This document shows, one piece after another, positions 1-11,350 of a stretch of 64,000 nucleotides of DNA. This stretch comes from Antedon mediterranea (taxonomy: Eukaryota; Animalia; Echinodermata). How positions within the stretch are numbered: the first letter of the stretch is position 1; every line of letters begins with the position of its first letter. Location of the stretch: contig NC_092670.1 of the NCBI RefSeq assembly GCF_964355755.1, positions 10,152,695 through 10,216,694 on the forward strand, in the 5' to 3' direction. Under the pieces are notes generated by a model. It was not told the origin of the DNA and searched no databases. It saw nothing but the letters and a program-made list of their open reading frames with translations. The position numbers were made by a program, and so were the translations under genes.

Positions 1-170
1 CAAACAATTAAAATGATCGTGAAAGAATTTCATTTAGCTTCGATTTTGTATAGATGACAAATTTCGTTTTTGTAAAAGCACAAGTTAACGGAGTACTTAC
101 TCGAACGTTTCGATCTCTATCAGAGATCCTTCTCAACTGACTGCGGAGTGTTAATGCAGCTTGGTCATTC

Positions 171-2303
171 TTGACGTCATCTGTTGATGACGTCGTACGC
201 CTCCAGATCTTAAGAGAAAAATTGGTGGTAAATCTGTCTAGTAAGTTGGTTAGTGAGGACGAAATATCAGCATTACAAAGGGGATTGAACTATTCGGCGA
301 GCCCACGATCCATGCCCATTGACGATCTCATAGTAGCGGCTGAAAAAGCGGCTGATCTCGTCCCCCTGGAAGAACAAGATACCGTTCGCAGTAAAATTGT
401 AGCTATTGTAAAATCTACCACTCTACCACCTTCAAATTTAACCCCCAAAGAACGACAGGCCATAAACAACTTGAAGAAAGATAAATATATTCTTATTCTC
501 CCAGCGAATAAAGGTAGATCTACTGTCATCCTAAATACTAATGATTACAAAGATAAAGTGGGAACCATGGTGAGCGACACTAATGTTTACGAACTGCTAA
601 AACGTAATCCAACACAAAACTATAAACGAAAAGTGGTCAACATCATAGGCAGGTTGTTCAAAGAAAAGAAAATCAACTACAGAGAGAAAGAATGGCTGTT
701 TCCCACGGCTGAAATTGTACCTAGGTTGTATTGTCTTCCGAAGATAGATAAACCAAATTGGCCATTAAGACCTATAGTAGATAACATCAACACCGTTTTT
801 TACACCGTTGCACAATTCCTCACCAAAATCCTGGGTCCGCTTGTCGGAAACACAGAACATCATGTAACTTACTCAGGAGAGTTGGCGAGTGAACTAAAAG
901 AAATAATAGTCAAACCAAGTGAAACAATTGTCTCGTTTGACGTAGTATCTCTGTTTACAAAAACACCAGTAGAAGAGGCCCTCAAAGTTGTCGAAAATCG
1001 CCTAACAACAGATCCGACACTTCTGGATAGAACTAAACTACATGTGACAGACATAATGGAGCTCCTCGGTTTAATTGTGAACAAAACCTATTTCTCGTTC
1101 AATGGTAACATTTATAGGCAAATACAAGGCATTGCTATGGGAAGCCCAATAAGTCCTATATTGGCGAACTTGTATCTAGAGTGGCTCGAACATCAAGCCA
1201 TAAACACGGCACCCACTAACATCAAGCCTGTGTATTGGAAACGATACGTTGATGATGTATTAGCTATCGTCCCCATAGGTACAGTACATACATTTAACAC
1301 ACATCTTAATAACATCAATATAACTGACAATATCAAGTTCACCACAGAATCGATGACAAACAACACAATACCTTTCCTGGACATGCTCATCACTCTCAAT
1401 GACAATGGAACAGTTACCACCTCAGTCTATCGGAAGCCCACTCACACAGACCAATATTTACATTTCAACTCACATCATCCACTCGAACACAAACTGGGGC
1501 TTATAAACACACGTGTGGACAGAGCTGAGAAGGTAGTGGGAGATATGGATTTGAGGAAAGTTGAGATGGATAACATCAAGAAAGCGTTACACAACTGCCA
1601 GTATCCAGAGTGGTCCTTCCAGAGAGTTATGGAAAACCGAAAAAGAAAAAAGAACAAAGGACACGAACCACAGAAAGAAAAGATCAAGATGCGAGGTAGC
1701 ATAGGAATCCCCTATGTAAAAGGAATTGCAGAAAGAATACGACACACTCTCTCCTATCACAATGTCGGAACCTATTTCCTACCCCAAAATAAAATCAAGA
1801 ATAGCCTCGTCCACCCAAAAGATAAAATCGAGAAGATGGATACATGTGGAGTAATCTACGAAGTCACCTGCCGCAACTGTCCACAAGTTTACATTGGGGA
1901 AACAGGGAGGGCATTACAAACACGAATTAATGATCACAAAAAAGATGTTACAACAAACACGGGGGGAGTAATGACTAGGGCCTCCAGAACATCCACATCT
2001 TCGATCATACACAAATCTGCCATTACAGAACATGTCATAAAACACAATCATGTACCGAACTGGGAGGCTACCATCTTAACCAAAGAGCCTAAACGCAAAG
2101 ACAGACAGATTAGAGAATCATTACATATAAGGAGAAATAAAGAGAAGACCATGAACCGGGACACTGGAGCCCACGAACTCTCGCATTTGTACAATGATTT
2201 GATAGAAACATCACCTGGCCGAGCCCCGCACAACCTCCAACATACAACCGGAGGCGTACGACGTCATCAACAGATGACGTCAAGAATGAGCAAGCTGCAT
2301 TAA
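171..2303 (+). CDS. Penelope-type reverse transcriptase + GIY-YIG endonuclease
   Basis: LRPIV, SFDVVSLFT, GIAMGSPISPILANLY, RYVDD, YRKPTHTDQYL, GVIYEVTCRNCPQVYIGETGR. The first ~11 codons come from the inverted repeat, so the true N-terminus is missing. Confidence 0.9.
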   Translation: MTSSVDDVVRLQILREKLVVNLSSKLVSEDEISALQRGLNYSASPRSMPIDDLIVAAEKAADLVPLEEQDTVRSKIVAIVKSTTLPPSNLTPKERQAINNLKKDKYILILPANKGRSTVILNTNDYKDKVGTMVSDTNVYELLKRNPTQNYKRKVVNIIGRLFKEKKINYREKEWLFPTAEIVPRLYCLPKIDKPNWPLRPIVDNINTVFYTVAQFLTKILGPLVGNTEHHVTYSGELASELKEIIVKPSETIVSFDVVSLFTKTPVEEALKVVENRLTTDPTLLDRTKLHVTDIMELLGLIVNKTYFSFNGNIYRQIQGIAMGSPISPILANLYLEWLEHQAINTAPTNIKPVYWKRYVDDVLAIVPIGTVHTFNTHLNNINITDNIKFTTESMTNNTIPFLDMLITLNDNGTVTTSVYRKPTHTDQYLHFNSHHPLEHKLGLINTRVDRAEKVVGDMDLRKVEMDNIKKALHNCQYPEWSFQRVMENRKRKKNKGHEPQKEKIKMRGSIGIPYVKGIAERIRHTLSYHNVGTYFLPQNKIKNSLVHPKDKIEKMDTCGVIYEVTCRNCPQVYIGETGRALQTRINDHKKDVTTNTGGVMTRASRTSTSSIIHKSAITEHVIKHNHVPNWEATILTKEPKRKDRQIRESLHIRRNKEKTMNRDTGAHELSHLYNDLIETSPGRAPHNLQHTTGGVRRHQQMTSRMSKLH

Positions 2304-2317
2304 CACTCCGCAGTCAG

Positions 2318-2351
2318 TTGAGAAGGATCTCTGATAGAGATCGAAACGTTC
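2318..2351 (+). ncRNA. minimal hammerhead-ribozyme-like motif in the Penelope terminal repeat (mirror copy at 103-136, minus)
   Basis: ttgagaag-GATCTCT-gat-AGAGATC-gaaacgttc: perfect stem II, then GAAA and palindromic AACGTT. Core is non-canonical and stem I is not evident. Confidence 0.5.
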
Positions 2352-3212
2352 GAGTAAGTACTCCGTTAACTTGTGCTTTTACAAAAACGAAATTTGTCAT
2401 CTATAATTAAAATGATGTTTCTGGTGTTCTCTTAATCACCGCCCTCTTGTAACTGTTGCCAACTGATGTTGTATTAGAACATCTAGGTGTTAGGTTAAAC
2501 CCATTTAGGTTTGAAAGTGTATAGGAAAGTTTTGTTTTAGTGATTTTTTACATTTATACATTGAAAGCTTTAGATTTAAATCTTAAATTGTATAGTAGTT
2601 TATTTGCTTTTTTAATGTTTATATACTTTCGCCTTTACCTTGGAAAATACATAAACATTCATCTTGTGTTTGCTTATGTCACAAATTTCTTTGATCAAAA
2701 CCAATATTATAAATATAATATGTAGGCCTACATTCATTGTAAGTATTTATTTCATTTTTAATCATTTCAAAACAAGATTTAACACTTAAAACTACAGCAA
2801 ATATCTACTTAAAATATAGGAAATACTGATTTATGATTAGATATCAATTTGATTTTATTAATTAAAAACAATGAATATAATAATGTCATTATTATGTATT
2901 AGCATAGTTTTAAATAATAAAATAAATATTTTTTTTACAGAATGACATGAATATATTATTTGGTATAATATTTAAAAATGATTAATAATAAAACATTCAT
3001 TGTTTACTATTATATAATTTAAAATACAAAATTAAAAATTCCCTATAATAAATTTTTAAACAAATCACAGTTGATATGACAATATATTTGATTATTAAGG
3101 TTATAACATTTGAATTATTATAATAAAATAATTATTTAATGATAAGGTAAAATGATATTTAAAAGAAACAAAGAGGAATCTAAATTATTCAATAATTACA
3201 GATTCTGATTTG

Positions 3213-3335
3213 TTATGGTGCTCTTTTAACCATCATCACTGTTGTCTTAAAAGATCAAAATAGCGATTCCAGTTGATGCCATTGTAATCAGCTGTACCTA
3301 GTGTGAGACAAAGCCCATTCATCATGAAAATTCTC
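3213..3335 (-). repeat. degenerate tandem duplicate of the FReD-A C-terminal coding segment in the 3' UTR
   Basis: Reads NGLCLTLGTADYNGINW..., then after a frame slip KTTVMMVKRAP*. Confidence 0.85.
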
Positions 3336-3580
3336 TTATGGTGCTCTTTTAATCATCATCACTGTCTTCTTGAGACTCTCATATTTATTATTGAAATGAT
3401 ACCAGTTGATACCTGCATTTGTACCTGGTGTAAGGTAAAGCCCATTCAGGTTTGAATAATGACAGGATTTGTACCACCAACCACTTTTCCTGTCCGTAGC
3501 ACAGTTAATATCCATTCTCTTATCATTGTCTTTATCATACGTTGTAAATTGTTGACCATTGTGGTATGCCAAAGAATCAC
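3336..3580 (-). CDS. FReD gene A, last exon
   Basis: GDSLAYHNGQQFTTYDKDND..NCA..GWWYKSCHYSNLNGLY..KKTVMMIKRAP*; tttag acceptor at 3581, phase 1. Confidence 0.93.
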
Positions 3581-3837
3581 CTAAACAAACAAGATATTAG
3601 ATCATCTTTAGTTTACTTCATATATCTTTAAATTTTTAAATATTTGTATATTTGTATCACTATCCGATCAAAGTTTCCTCTGTGTATAATGTCATAAACC
3701 ACATTTGTTACATAATAATAAAGACATAAGTTACTTTATATCTAGATTTCATTATAAATCATGTGTATAATCTATACACTAAGAAATAAAATTGAATAAA
3801 CAATACGGATAATAAAAAAATCTCATTTCGTTTCGTT

Positions 3838-3905
3838 TCCCAAGGTGAGACTCGATCTCGGTACCTTGAATGCCATAGACACAGCCCAAACCACCGAGCC
3901 ATACA
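3838..3905 (-). mobile_element. tRNA-derived SINE head fragment
   Basis: Minus strand TGGCTCGGTGG (box A-like) ... GAGATCGAGTC (box B-like). Confidence 0.45.
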
Positions 3906-4363
3906 CAACTGACTAAAAGTTGTAGAATAATTCCTCCGTGTATTTACTATGCAGTAACCACTTTAGTGCAGTTAGATTATTACATACCGCAATTAATTAT
4001 AATTTTTTACTATGATGATATATTTAAAAATTTAAAAAAATGATGCACTGTCAAACTATAAACTTTTAACTTTAATATATGAACATTTTATGGAAGAAAG
4101 TTAATGTTAGGTTTGTTATTTCGGCCTAAGAAAATGTCATAATTATTTGATTGGTATTTAAAATGCAATTAATGATGACTTTATCAACTTTTGTTCTCTT
4201 AATTTCATAATAAAGCATACATATGATACATACACTTCAAGAAATTGAAGTAAAAAATAGGTGTTCCCGAGCATTCTGACGATCTATATTATTTTTAAAA
4301 TAAAGGATATTTTCACCATTTTGTTAACTTAGACGTGCGTAGCCTGTCACTTTTGGTTATTTT

Positions 4364-5386
4364 ATGTTGGCCATGAGTTTTATTTTTAACTTACAAAATA
4401 TGGTTAGGCTCATCTATTCAAGTAGCGAGCTATTACAACTACGTGATCAAAACAAAGCACACCTGGACAAAGCGTACCTGAGTAATGCCTCCGTTGGAAA
4501 GTACATTGACTGGCCTAAAGAAATCAAACGCCGCAAACGAGGTAAAGCAGGAGGTCTTAGAAAGCGAATTCGACGGAGAAGATCCAGACCGTACATCCCG
4601 TCACTGATAATCGGTGATGTACAATCGCTGGATAGCCAACAAGGGCTGAAATGAATGAGCTCAGATCAAATGTGCAGCACCTAAATGAATTTAGGAATGT
4701 AAGTTTAATTTCATTTACTGATACATGGCTAACTGACCAACACAATGATAGTCATACTGAGCTAAGTGGTTTTTATATGGTACGTGGGGATAGAGACTCG
4801 CTGGCAACTGGTAAATCGAAAGGCGGTGGTCTGTGTTTATACGTTAATAAGGGATATTGCCATCCAAATAACGTATCGGTAAAATGCCATGTATGTACTC
4901 CAAACTCAGAAATCATGGTGACTAACATTCGCCCATACTACATACCACAAGTGTTCTCACACGTCATCGTAATGATATCGAACCAAAATCACCTGATGCT
5001 TTGATCATCATAAATGGAGATTTCAATCACTGTACTACTATCAGCACGTCGCATGTAATACTAGACTGAACAATAAACTAGACCTTTGCTATTCTAATCT
5101 AAAGAACGCTTACATGTCTACAAAGTTGCCAGGATTGGGAGACCATGATCTGGTTATGTTACGACCAAGATACACCCCGCTCCACAAGACGAATAAACCA
5201 AAACAAATCACCGTAAAGAGATGGACAAACGACGCGATGCTGCAACTGCAAGGTGCACTAGAAGCAACTGATTGGGACTGTTTTAAAAACTGTTGTAACT
5301 CCATACATGATTTGACACAAATCGTAAGCGACTATATCTGTTTCTGTAGCGAACTAGTTATCCCTACAAAAATAATTAATAAATAA
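4364..5386 (+). mobile_element. degenerate LINE 5' part (AP endonuclease), Rex1/Babar-like
   Basis: YSSSELLQLR..RRKRGKAGG..PSLIIGDVQSL, FTDTWL, GKSKGGGLCLYVN, GDFNH, LGDHDLV; frameshifted and cut off at the Gypsy element. Confidence 0.75.
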
Positions 5387-5426
5387 TAGGTCTAGCTACA
5401 GTAATGCTAGGAATATAGTAGATGAA

Positions 5427-6896
5427 ATGAAGGTAAAGGTTCCTACTTTGAAGGAATCAGATGATATTGATATATATTTTAGAACATTTGAACACTTGGC
5501 AGAAGCCACAGGTTGGGATAAGAATACGTGGTCCGCTAGGTTAGCACCTGAACTGTCTGGTAAAGCTAGGACAGCATATGCATCCTTAACCGTAAAAGAA
5601 TGTGTAGATTATGATACCTTAAAGGAGGCAGTCTTAGAAAAGTATGATGTGTCCGCACAGACCTACTACAGATTTAAATTTAGAAATTCAAACAGAGTTA
5701 AAGATATGCCCATCAGGGAATGGCTGAATGAGCTCTCCCATTATTTAAAATGTTGGATGAAATGTGCTAATGTAAAAGAAGATGATGCTGCAGGCATTAT
5801 TGAAATGATTATAATGGAACAGGCACTTGATAAAATGCCTGAAGATCTGAGGCTTTATCTTAGAGATAAACAAGTAAATAAGAGCTATGATATGGCTATG
5901 ATAGCCGATGATTATATAGCTAATAGAGGTGGCCGTGGCTATTGGAATGCCGTAAATTCTGAAAATAAGCCTACGTATTATAAGGGCCAAGAAAATAGTA
6001 AACCTAAGAATAGTACGACTCAGAATAACCCTGGAGCTAGGCAGCAAGGATACAATAGGTATCGCGGAAGGGGAGGCAAATTCCATAACTATGGTAGAAA
6101 TTTCCAACAGAGAGAACCTTCGAATGAATGGATTAATGGCCTATGTTTTAATTGTAAGGAGAAGGGACATAAAATAGGGGATTGTCCTAAGATGGTAGCA
6201 AAAGGAAAGACTAGTGACACTAAGAAGGGCCCGAATGTGAAAGATGGCTTAAGATGTGAAGGAATAAAATCAGATAGACCCCAAGTAGTTATGGATAGTG
6301 TAGAAAATAAAATGGAGAAGTGTACAATACCAGGAAAATTAGAAGGACAGGATATAACTATTCTTAGAGACTCGGGATGTACCCAGTCAGCTGTTAAGGA
6401 AAGTCTAGTGCCTAACAAATGTTACATGCCAGGAAAATGGGTTACGTTAAGAGGTATAGGAGGCGATATTACCGTCCCCTTAGCTGAGGTAGCTATAGAA
6501 AGTAAGATAGTGACAGGAAAAGTGATTGTAGCCGTAATCGAACGATTACAGAGGGACATGTTATTGGGTCATGATTTGGACCAGAATTGTGGGGAAACAA
6601 TGGCTAAAGAAATGTTCGTCCTAACTAGGGAGCAAGCCAGAATAGAAAATGATGTTAGAATACAAGACGAAATGATATTGTTAGGGAAAGATAGTAACTT
6701 TAAGCCGATAGAAGAGCCGCCTAAAGAAACTAATGTACAATTGTTGAAAACAGTAGTAAATGACAACAAAGTAAATAAAACTAAGTGTTTAGATGATATG
6801 AATGGTACAGAAATGAATAATTTGTTTGACAAAAATGAGGATAAAGCTAAGATAAAACAGTCAAACGTAAAACTTATGAACAACAGCACAAGCTGA
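5427..6896 (+). CDS. Gag (CCHC knuckle) + aspartic protease
   Basis: YFRTFEHLA..W..LSGKA..DYDTLKEAVL; CFNCKEKGHKIGDC; LRDSGCTQSAV; MLLGHD. Confidence 0.85.
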   Translation: MKVKVPTLKESDDIDIYFRTFEHLAEATGWDKNTWSARLAPELSGKARTAYASLTVKECVDYDTLKEAVLEKYDVSAQTYYRFKFRNSNRVKDMPIREWLNELSHYLKCWMKCANVKEDDAAGIIEMIIMEQALDKMPEDLRLYLRDKQVNKSYDMAMIADDYIANRGGRGYWNAVNSENKPTYYKGQENSKPKNSTTQNNPGARQQGYNRYRGRGGKFHNYGRNFQQREPSNEWINGLCFNCKEKGHKIGDCPKMVAKGKTSDTKKGPNVKDGLRCEGIKSDRPQVVMDSVENKMEKCTIPGKLEGQDITILRDSGCTQSAVKESLVPNKCYMPGKWVTLRGIGGDITVPLAEVAIESKIVTGKVIVAVIERLQRDMLLGHDLDQNCGETMAKEMFVLTREQARIENDVRIQDEMILLGKDSNFKPIEEPPKETNVQLLKTVVNDNKVNKTKCLDDMNGTEMNNLFDKNEDKAKIKQSNVKLMNNSTS

Positions 6897-6922
6897 ACCT
6901 AACTAAACAAGAACTGATCAAA

Positions 6923-7987
6923 TTGCAAACTAATGATGACTCACTCAAAGGAGTGTTTGACAGGGTAGTCCCTATAGAAGAAATAGGTCAGAATAGGGTA
7001 TGTTTCTTTATGAGACAAGGTATATTGATGAGAAATTGGAGTAGTATTAAAGATAAGAATAACCAAGTGGAACAGATTGTATTACCCACTCAGTGTAGAC
7101 AGGGTGTATTACACTTAGGTCATAATGTGCCATTTGCAGATCACATGGGTGTTGAGAAAACTAAAAGTAGGATCCTGAACCAATTCTATTGGCCAGGTAT
7201 ATTTAAAGATGTTGTAGTCTATTGTAAAGTCTGTAAGGAATGCCAAAAGGTAGATAAGGGTAAAAGTAAAAGGAAACATACTTTGATACCATTACCGATT
7301 ATAAGTACACCATTTAAACGTATAGCGATAGACATTGTTGTTGTCTTATCTAGAACAAGCCGTAATAACAAATATATGCTTACTATAATTGACTATGCTA
7401 CGAGATATCCGGATGCTATCCCGTTACCCAATGTTAGAGCTGAAACAGTAGCCAGGGCTCTAATAGAAGTCTTTACTAGAGTAGGATTACCCGAAGAGAT
7501 TGTACATGATCAAGGAACTAATTTCATGTCTTCAATTATGCAATCTATATGTAGTATGTTGGGGATTAATCAATTAAAGACTACAGTGTACCACCCCCAA
7601 AGCAATGGGCTTGTTGAAAGATTTCACGGTACATTGAAAAATATGATAAGGAAACTTACAGTTAAGCAAAGAAAAAATTGGGATAACTACATACCCCCCT
7701 TTCTGTTTGCATACAGAGAAGTTCCTAGTAAAGCGACGGGCCATTCACCTTTTAAATTGCTTTATGGTAGAGAGGTGAGGGGACCCTTGAGTTTACTCAA
7801 AAGTAATTGGGTAGAAGATGAAGAAACATCTACTGATGCTATCAAATACATGTTAGACATAAGAGAAAAAATGGAGGAATTAATGAAAGATGCTAATGTA
7901 AACAAACTTGAACAACAAGAAATTATGTCCCACAATTATAACAAGAATGCTATTGATAGAGAATTTGTAGAAGGGGACAAAGTGTAA
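6923..7987 (+). CDS. integrase (HHCC + DDE core), interrupted
   Basis: GHNVPFADHMG..FYWPG..CKECQ; PFKRIAIDIV; HDQGTNF; YHPQSNGLVERFH. Confidence 0.88.
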   Translation: MQTNDDSLKGVFDRVVPIEEIGQNRVCFFMRQGILMRNWSSIKDKNNQVEQIVLPTQCRQGVLHLGHNVPFADHMGVEKTKSRILNQFYWPGIFKDVVVYCKVCKECQKVDKGKSKRKHTLIPLPIISTPFKRIAIDIVVVLSRTSRNNKYMLTIIDYATRYPDAIPLPNVRAETVARALIEVFTRVGLPEEIVHDQGTNFMSSIMQSICSMLGINQLKTTVYHPQSNGLVERFHGTLKNMIRKLTVKQRKNWDNYIPPFLFAYREVPSKATGHSPFKLLYGREVRGPLSLLKSNWVEDEETSTDAIKYMLDIREKMEELMKDANVNKLEQQEIMSHNYNKNAIDREFVEGDKV

Positions 7988-8097
7988 ATGGCAGTAAATG
8001 GCAAGGCCCCTTCACTGTTACAAAAAAGGTCAATGATGTAAATTATGAAATATACATAGGAGGTAGAAGAAAAGAAAAACAAATTCTACATGTTAAT

Positions 8098-9632
8098 ATG
8101 TTAAAGAGATGGTATGATAAAGTAGAAATAAGTAAAGATGGTTATTATGTAGTAACAAATGTTCAATCGATAGAAGAAGTAGACTTAAATGAAACAGTCC
8201 ATGGCAATGAGTTAGATAGTGAAATAGACATAGGATTGTCTTATCATCAATCACAAACATGGAGAGATGTTAACGTTAGTAGTAATTTAAATGATACACA
8301 AACTAAACAATTAACAGAATTGTTAAAGTACCAACAGAATGTATTCTCGGATGTACCAGGTAGAACTCACTTAGTGACACATGAAATTAAGACTAGTGGT
8401 GAAATGCCTATAAGGCATAGGGCATATAGAACGCCCCAAGCATTAAAGGGTAAATTGAAAGAGGAATTAGATAGTATGTTGGCTATGGGTATAATAGAAC
8501 CTACAGTTAGTGCCTATGCTGCACCTATTATTGCCCTGAAGAAAGGCCAGAACCAAATTAGAATGGTGACAGAATTTAGATCACTAAATAAGACTACACA
8601 ATTTGACCCTTATGTTATGCCTCGCATAGACGAAATGTTGGATGAGGTATCATCCGCAATATACATAACTACGTTAGATCTAACTAAAGGATTTTACCAG
8701 GTGCCTCTGGATCCTAAGACCAAAGACAAATCAGCATTTATTACACAATTTGGACAGTATTGTTACAATGTACTTCCATTTGGTATGCAAAATAGCTCTA
8801 GTACTTTCCAAAGATTAATGGATAAGGTATTACAAGGTACTGAGGGATATGCTAAGGCATATATAGATGACATATGTATTTATAGTCAAACTTGGAAAGA
8901 TCATATTTTTCATTTGAATGATGTATTAGAAAGATTAAGTAGTGCTGGATTGACAGCAAAGCCTTTGAAATGTAAAATTGCCTATGCACAGGTAGAATTT
9001 CTGGGGCATAAGATTGGTAATGGAGAAATTAGACCCATGATTGATAAGGTTGAGGCTGTGGAAAAGTTCCCAGACCTTTGTCTAAGAAACAAGTCCGATC
9101 ATTTCTCGGATTAACTGGCTATTACAGAAAATTTGTACAGAACTATGCCGATATTGCTAAGCCATTGATTGATTTAACTTTAAAGAGTAAAAGTAATACC
9201 GTTAAGTGGAATGAACAATGTGAAAATGCCTTTGTAACCTTAAAGAAACGACTTACTGATGATAATGTATTAAAAGCCCCAAATTTTGATAAGATGTTTA
9301 TATTGCAAACCGATGCCTCAAATTATGGTATAGGTGCAGTGCTGAGCCAAATAGATGGTGAGGGTAATGATTATTCCATTGTGTATTTAAGTAGAAAGTT
9401 ATCTGTACATGAGCAGAGATATTCTGTGCCAGAAAAAGAGTGCCTCTCTATTGTTTGGGCTATCAATAAACTTAAGTATTATCTGTATGGTTGTGAATTT
9501 CAAGTTCATACTGACCACCAGGCATTGAGATGGATGGACTCAATGAAGGGTGCCAATGTTAGACTTATGAGGATATAAATTTAAAAGAAAGGATCATTAA
9601 ATGGAAATGCAGATGGATTAAGCCGTGCATAA
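8098..9632 (+). pseudogene. Gypsy RT + RNase H, frameshifted
   Basis: LDLTKGFYQV, LPFGMQNS, YIDDI; frameshift near 9080; LQTDASNYGIGAVL, TDHQAL; ends NADGLSRA* after another slip. Confidence 0.88.
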
Positions 9633-9733
9633 TAATATTATAGAGGTGTTATTTGTAGATAGTTTATAGTAAAATGGTTTTAAATGTTAAATTTTTGGAA
9701 AGATTGACACAATCTTTTTCCCAAAAAGGGGAA

Positions 9734-10140
9734 TGTCATATTATTTATGTTCTGATTCCCTGTGTTTAGATAAGGATGCTTTAGACCAGGTCCGCCAAAT
9801 ATTATTAGCCAATCAAAATTGTATAATTTTTGGAGGGAATATGTTATCCTCCTCTGAAGCCTAAAATTTGCATGTCCAGTATAAAAGTGGAATGTAATAG
9901 ATATTAGGGGGGAGAAGAGAGAATAAGATCAAAGTGGATAAACGGAAAGATGATAAAGAAAATATTAAGGCTTGACTGGTAGTGGTAGAAAGATGTATTA
10001 ATCGAGTTACAAGGAATAAAAGTTCTAGTTGACTTAAATATACTTTTTGTATGAGTTATCATTCAGTGACAGCAGTGTACGTCGCGTGGAAATATATACG
10101 CCTGAGAAAGCTCGGAACCAACTAAAATATATTCACTACA
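9734..10140 (+). repeat. probable 3' LTR
   Basis: Starts TGTCA after the PPT; TATAAAA ~9880, AATAAA 10015; right end either TGACA at 10071 or ACA at 10140. Confidence 0.6.
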
Positions 10141-10231
10141 CAACTGATAAGCTGTCAGAGTTAGCCAAGGACCGTTGTGGCTGGAGAAAGCTTGTAGTCG
10201 CTTGCTCCGCAGCCGACTGATGATGATGATG
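10141..10231 (+). mobile_element. 3' tip of an RTE-type LINE
   Basis: ELAKDRCGWRKLVVACSAAD* followed by a (TGA)n tail. Confidence 0.6.
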
Positions 10232-11350
10232 CGCACGCGCTCGTAAAAAAATGCGCACGCGTGGGAATTTTTAAAATGTTCAAAATGACATGAAACGCGT
10301 AGAAAGTTGATTAGAAGTTGATTTTTTGCATTTTGAAATTTTAATTTTGGCGTAACTTTCTGTGAAACATGCCATTTTTAATCCATAGAAAGTTTCCCCT
10401 TCATATGAATTAAATTTTCACCAAGTGTCAATACAAAATGACTTTTGGTTTTTAATATATGATCAATCATTGAAATTCATAAAATCGCGCGTAACTTACG
10501 CTGCGCAACTCGGACGGGACCGAAAACCTTATTACGACATCTTCAGATAGAGGTCAATCTTCTGATAAAGTTATACAATGTTATGTTGAGAAGATTTAGA
10601 GATACACGCACAACAAAATTCTGGGAAAGAAAGAAGAATAAGAAAGAAAAACTAGATTTGAACTCGTCACAACGGACGAGTTAGGTTATCCGCAGAGCAA
10701 ACGCCACGTGCACGTCATACGTTAGAATATTGCGCAGAGAAAAACGCTTATGCCATTGAAAAAATGTTAGCGCGCTCTCTATTTTGTGTCACGTCTAAGT
10801 ATAAACAGTTTAAACTATATATTGTATACGTACTACATACAGTGAAGAATAGGTGAAAATAAGTGACCAAAGTTATTGACGCCTTTGGACATGATGACGT
10901 CACAAAAAAATTTAAAAATGGTAAATCATGCGAAAGATAATTGATTGACCTAGACAATATAAAACATGGGGGGAAATGAAATACGGATAAGTGGAGATGC
11001 GCTCTATTAAATGTGATGAGCTATGACGAAAGAGACAAAAATCCTCTATTTTATTATCGAGTGGCCATACGATGACGTCACAATATCTGGATAGCCATAT
11101 CGATGCATGATTCGATATCTACAACTCATCGACTTTCAGAATATGTAATAAACAATAAAATTCACCGTATAGTTTAGAATCTATTTTTGATCAAAAACGC
11201 GCGCAAATTATCCAATTCCAGGTGCTCGTATGACGTGATTTTAAGGCGAAATTGTTAAAAAATTTGTAAAATTACTAGAAAAGGCTGGAAAAACATAAAT
11301 CACGCGAAAAAAGTATGTTTTTAACGCTATGTGCGCACGCGCTCGTAAAA
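10232..11350. repeat. CpG-rich interspersed repeat(s), loosely related to the element at 60945-61679
   Basis: gcgcacgcgctcgtaaaaa at 10232 and 11333; loose similarity to 61200-61470; acgtgcgtagcctgtcactttt shared between 4332 and 61082. Confidence 0.45.

Larger units (their letters stand above)
18..2405 (+). mobile_element. Penelope-like retroelement, 5'-truncated, with inverted terminal repeat
   Basis: 49-204 is the reverse complement of 2250-2405 (one mismatch seen); 12-bp direct repeat aattaaaatgat at 6-17 and 2405-2416 (probable TSD); internal RT + GIY-YIG ORF. Confidence 0.93.
5400..10140 (+). mobile_element. Gmr1-like Ty3/Gypsy LTR retrotransposon (gag-PR-INT-RT-RH), degenerate, 5' LTR missing
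   Basis: Domain order read from the ORFs; polypurine tract aaaaaggggaa before TGTCA at 9734. Confidence 0.88.

Noticed and set aside
171-204. True start of the Penelope ORF
   Set aside because: These codons lie in the inverted copy of the element's 3' end
3213-3450. Diversity-generating retroelement TR/VR pair served by the nearby RT
   Set aside because: Differences between the copies include indels and non-adenine changes; the adjacent RT is a Penelope element with its own TSD
290-6889. Short minus-strand ORFs over the Penelope and Gypsy ORFs
   Set aside because: Antisense shadows of the retroelement coding sequence
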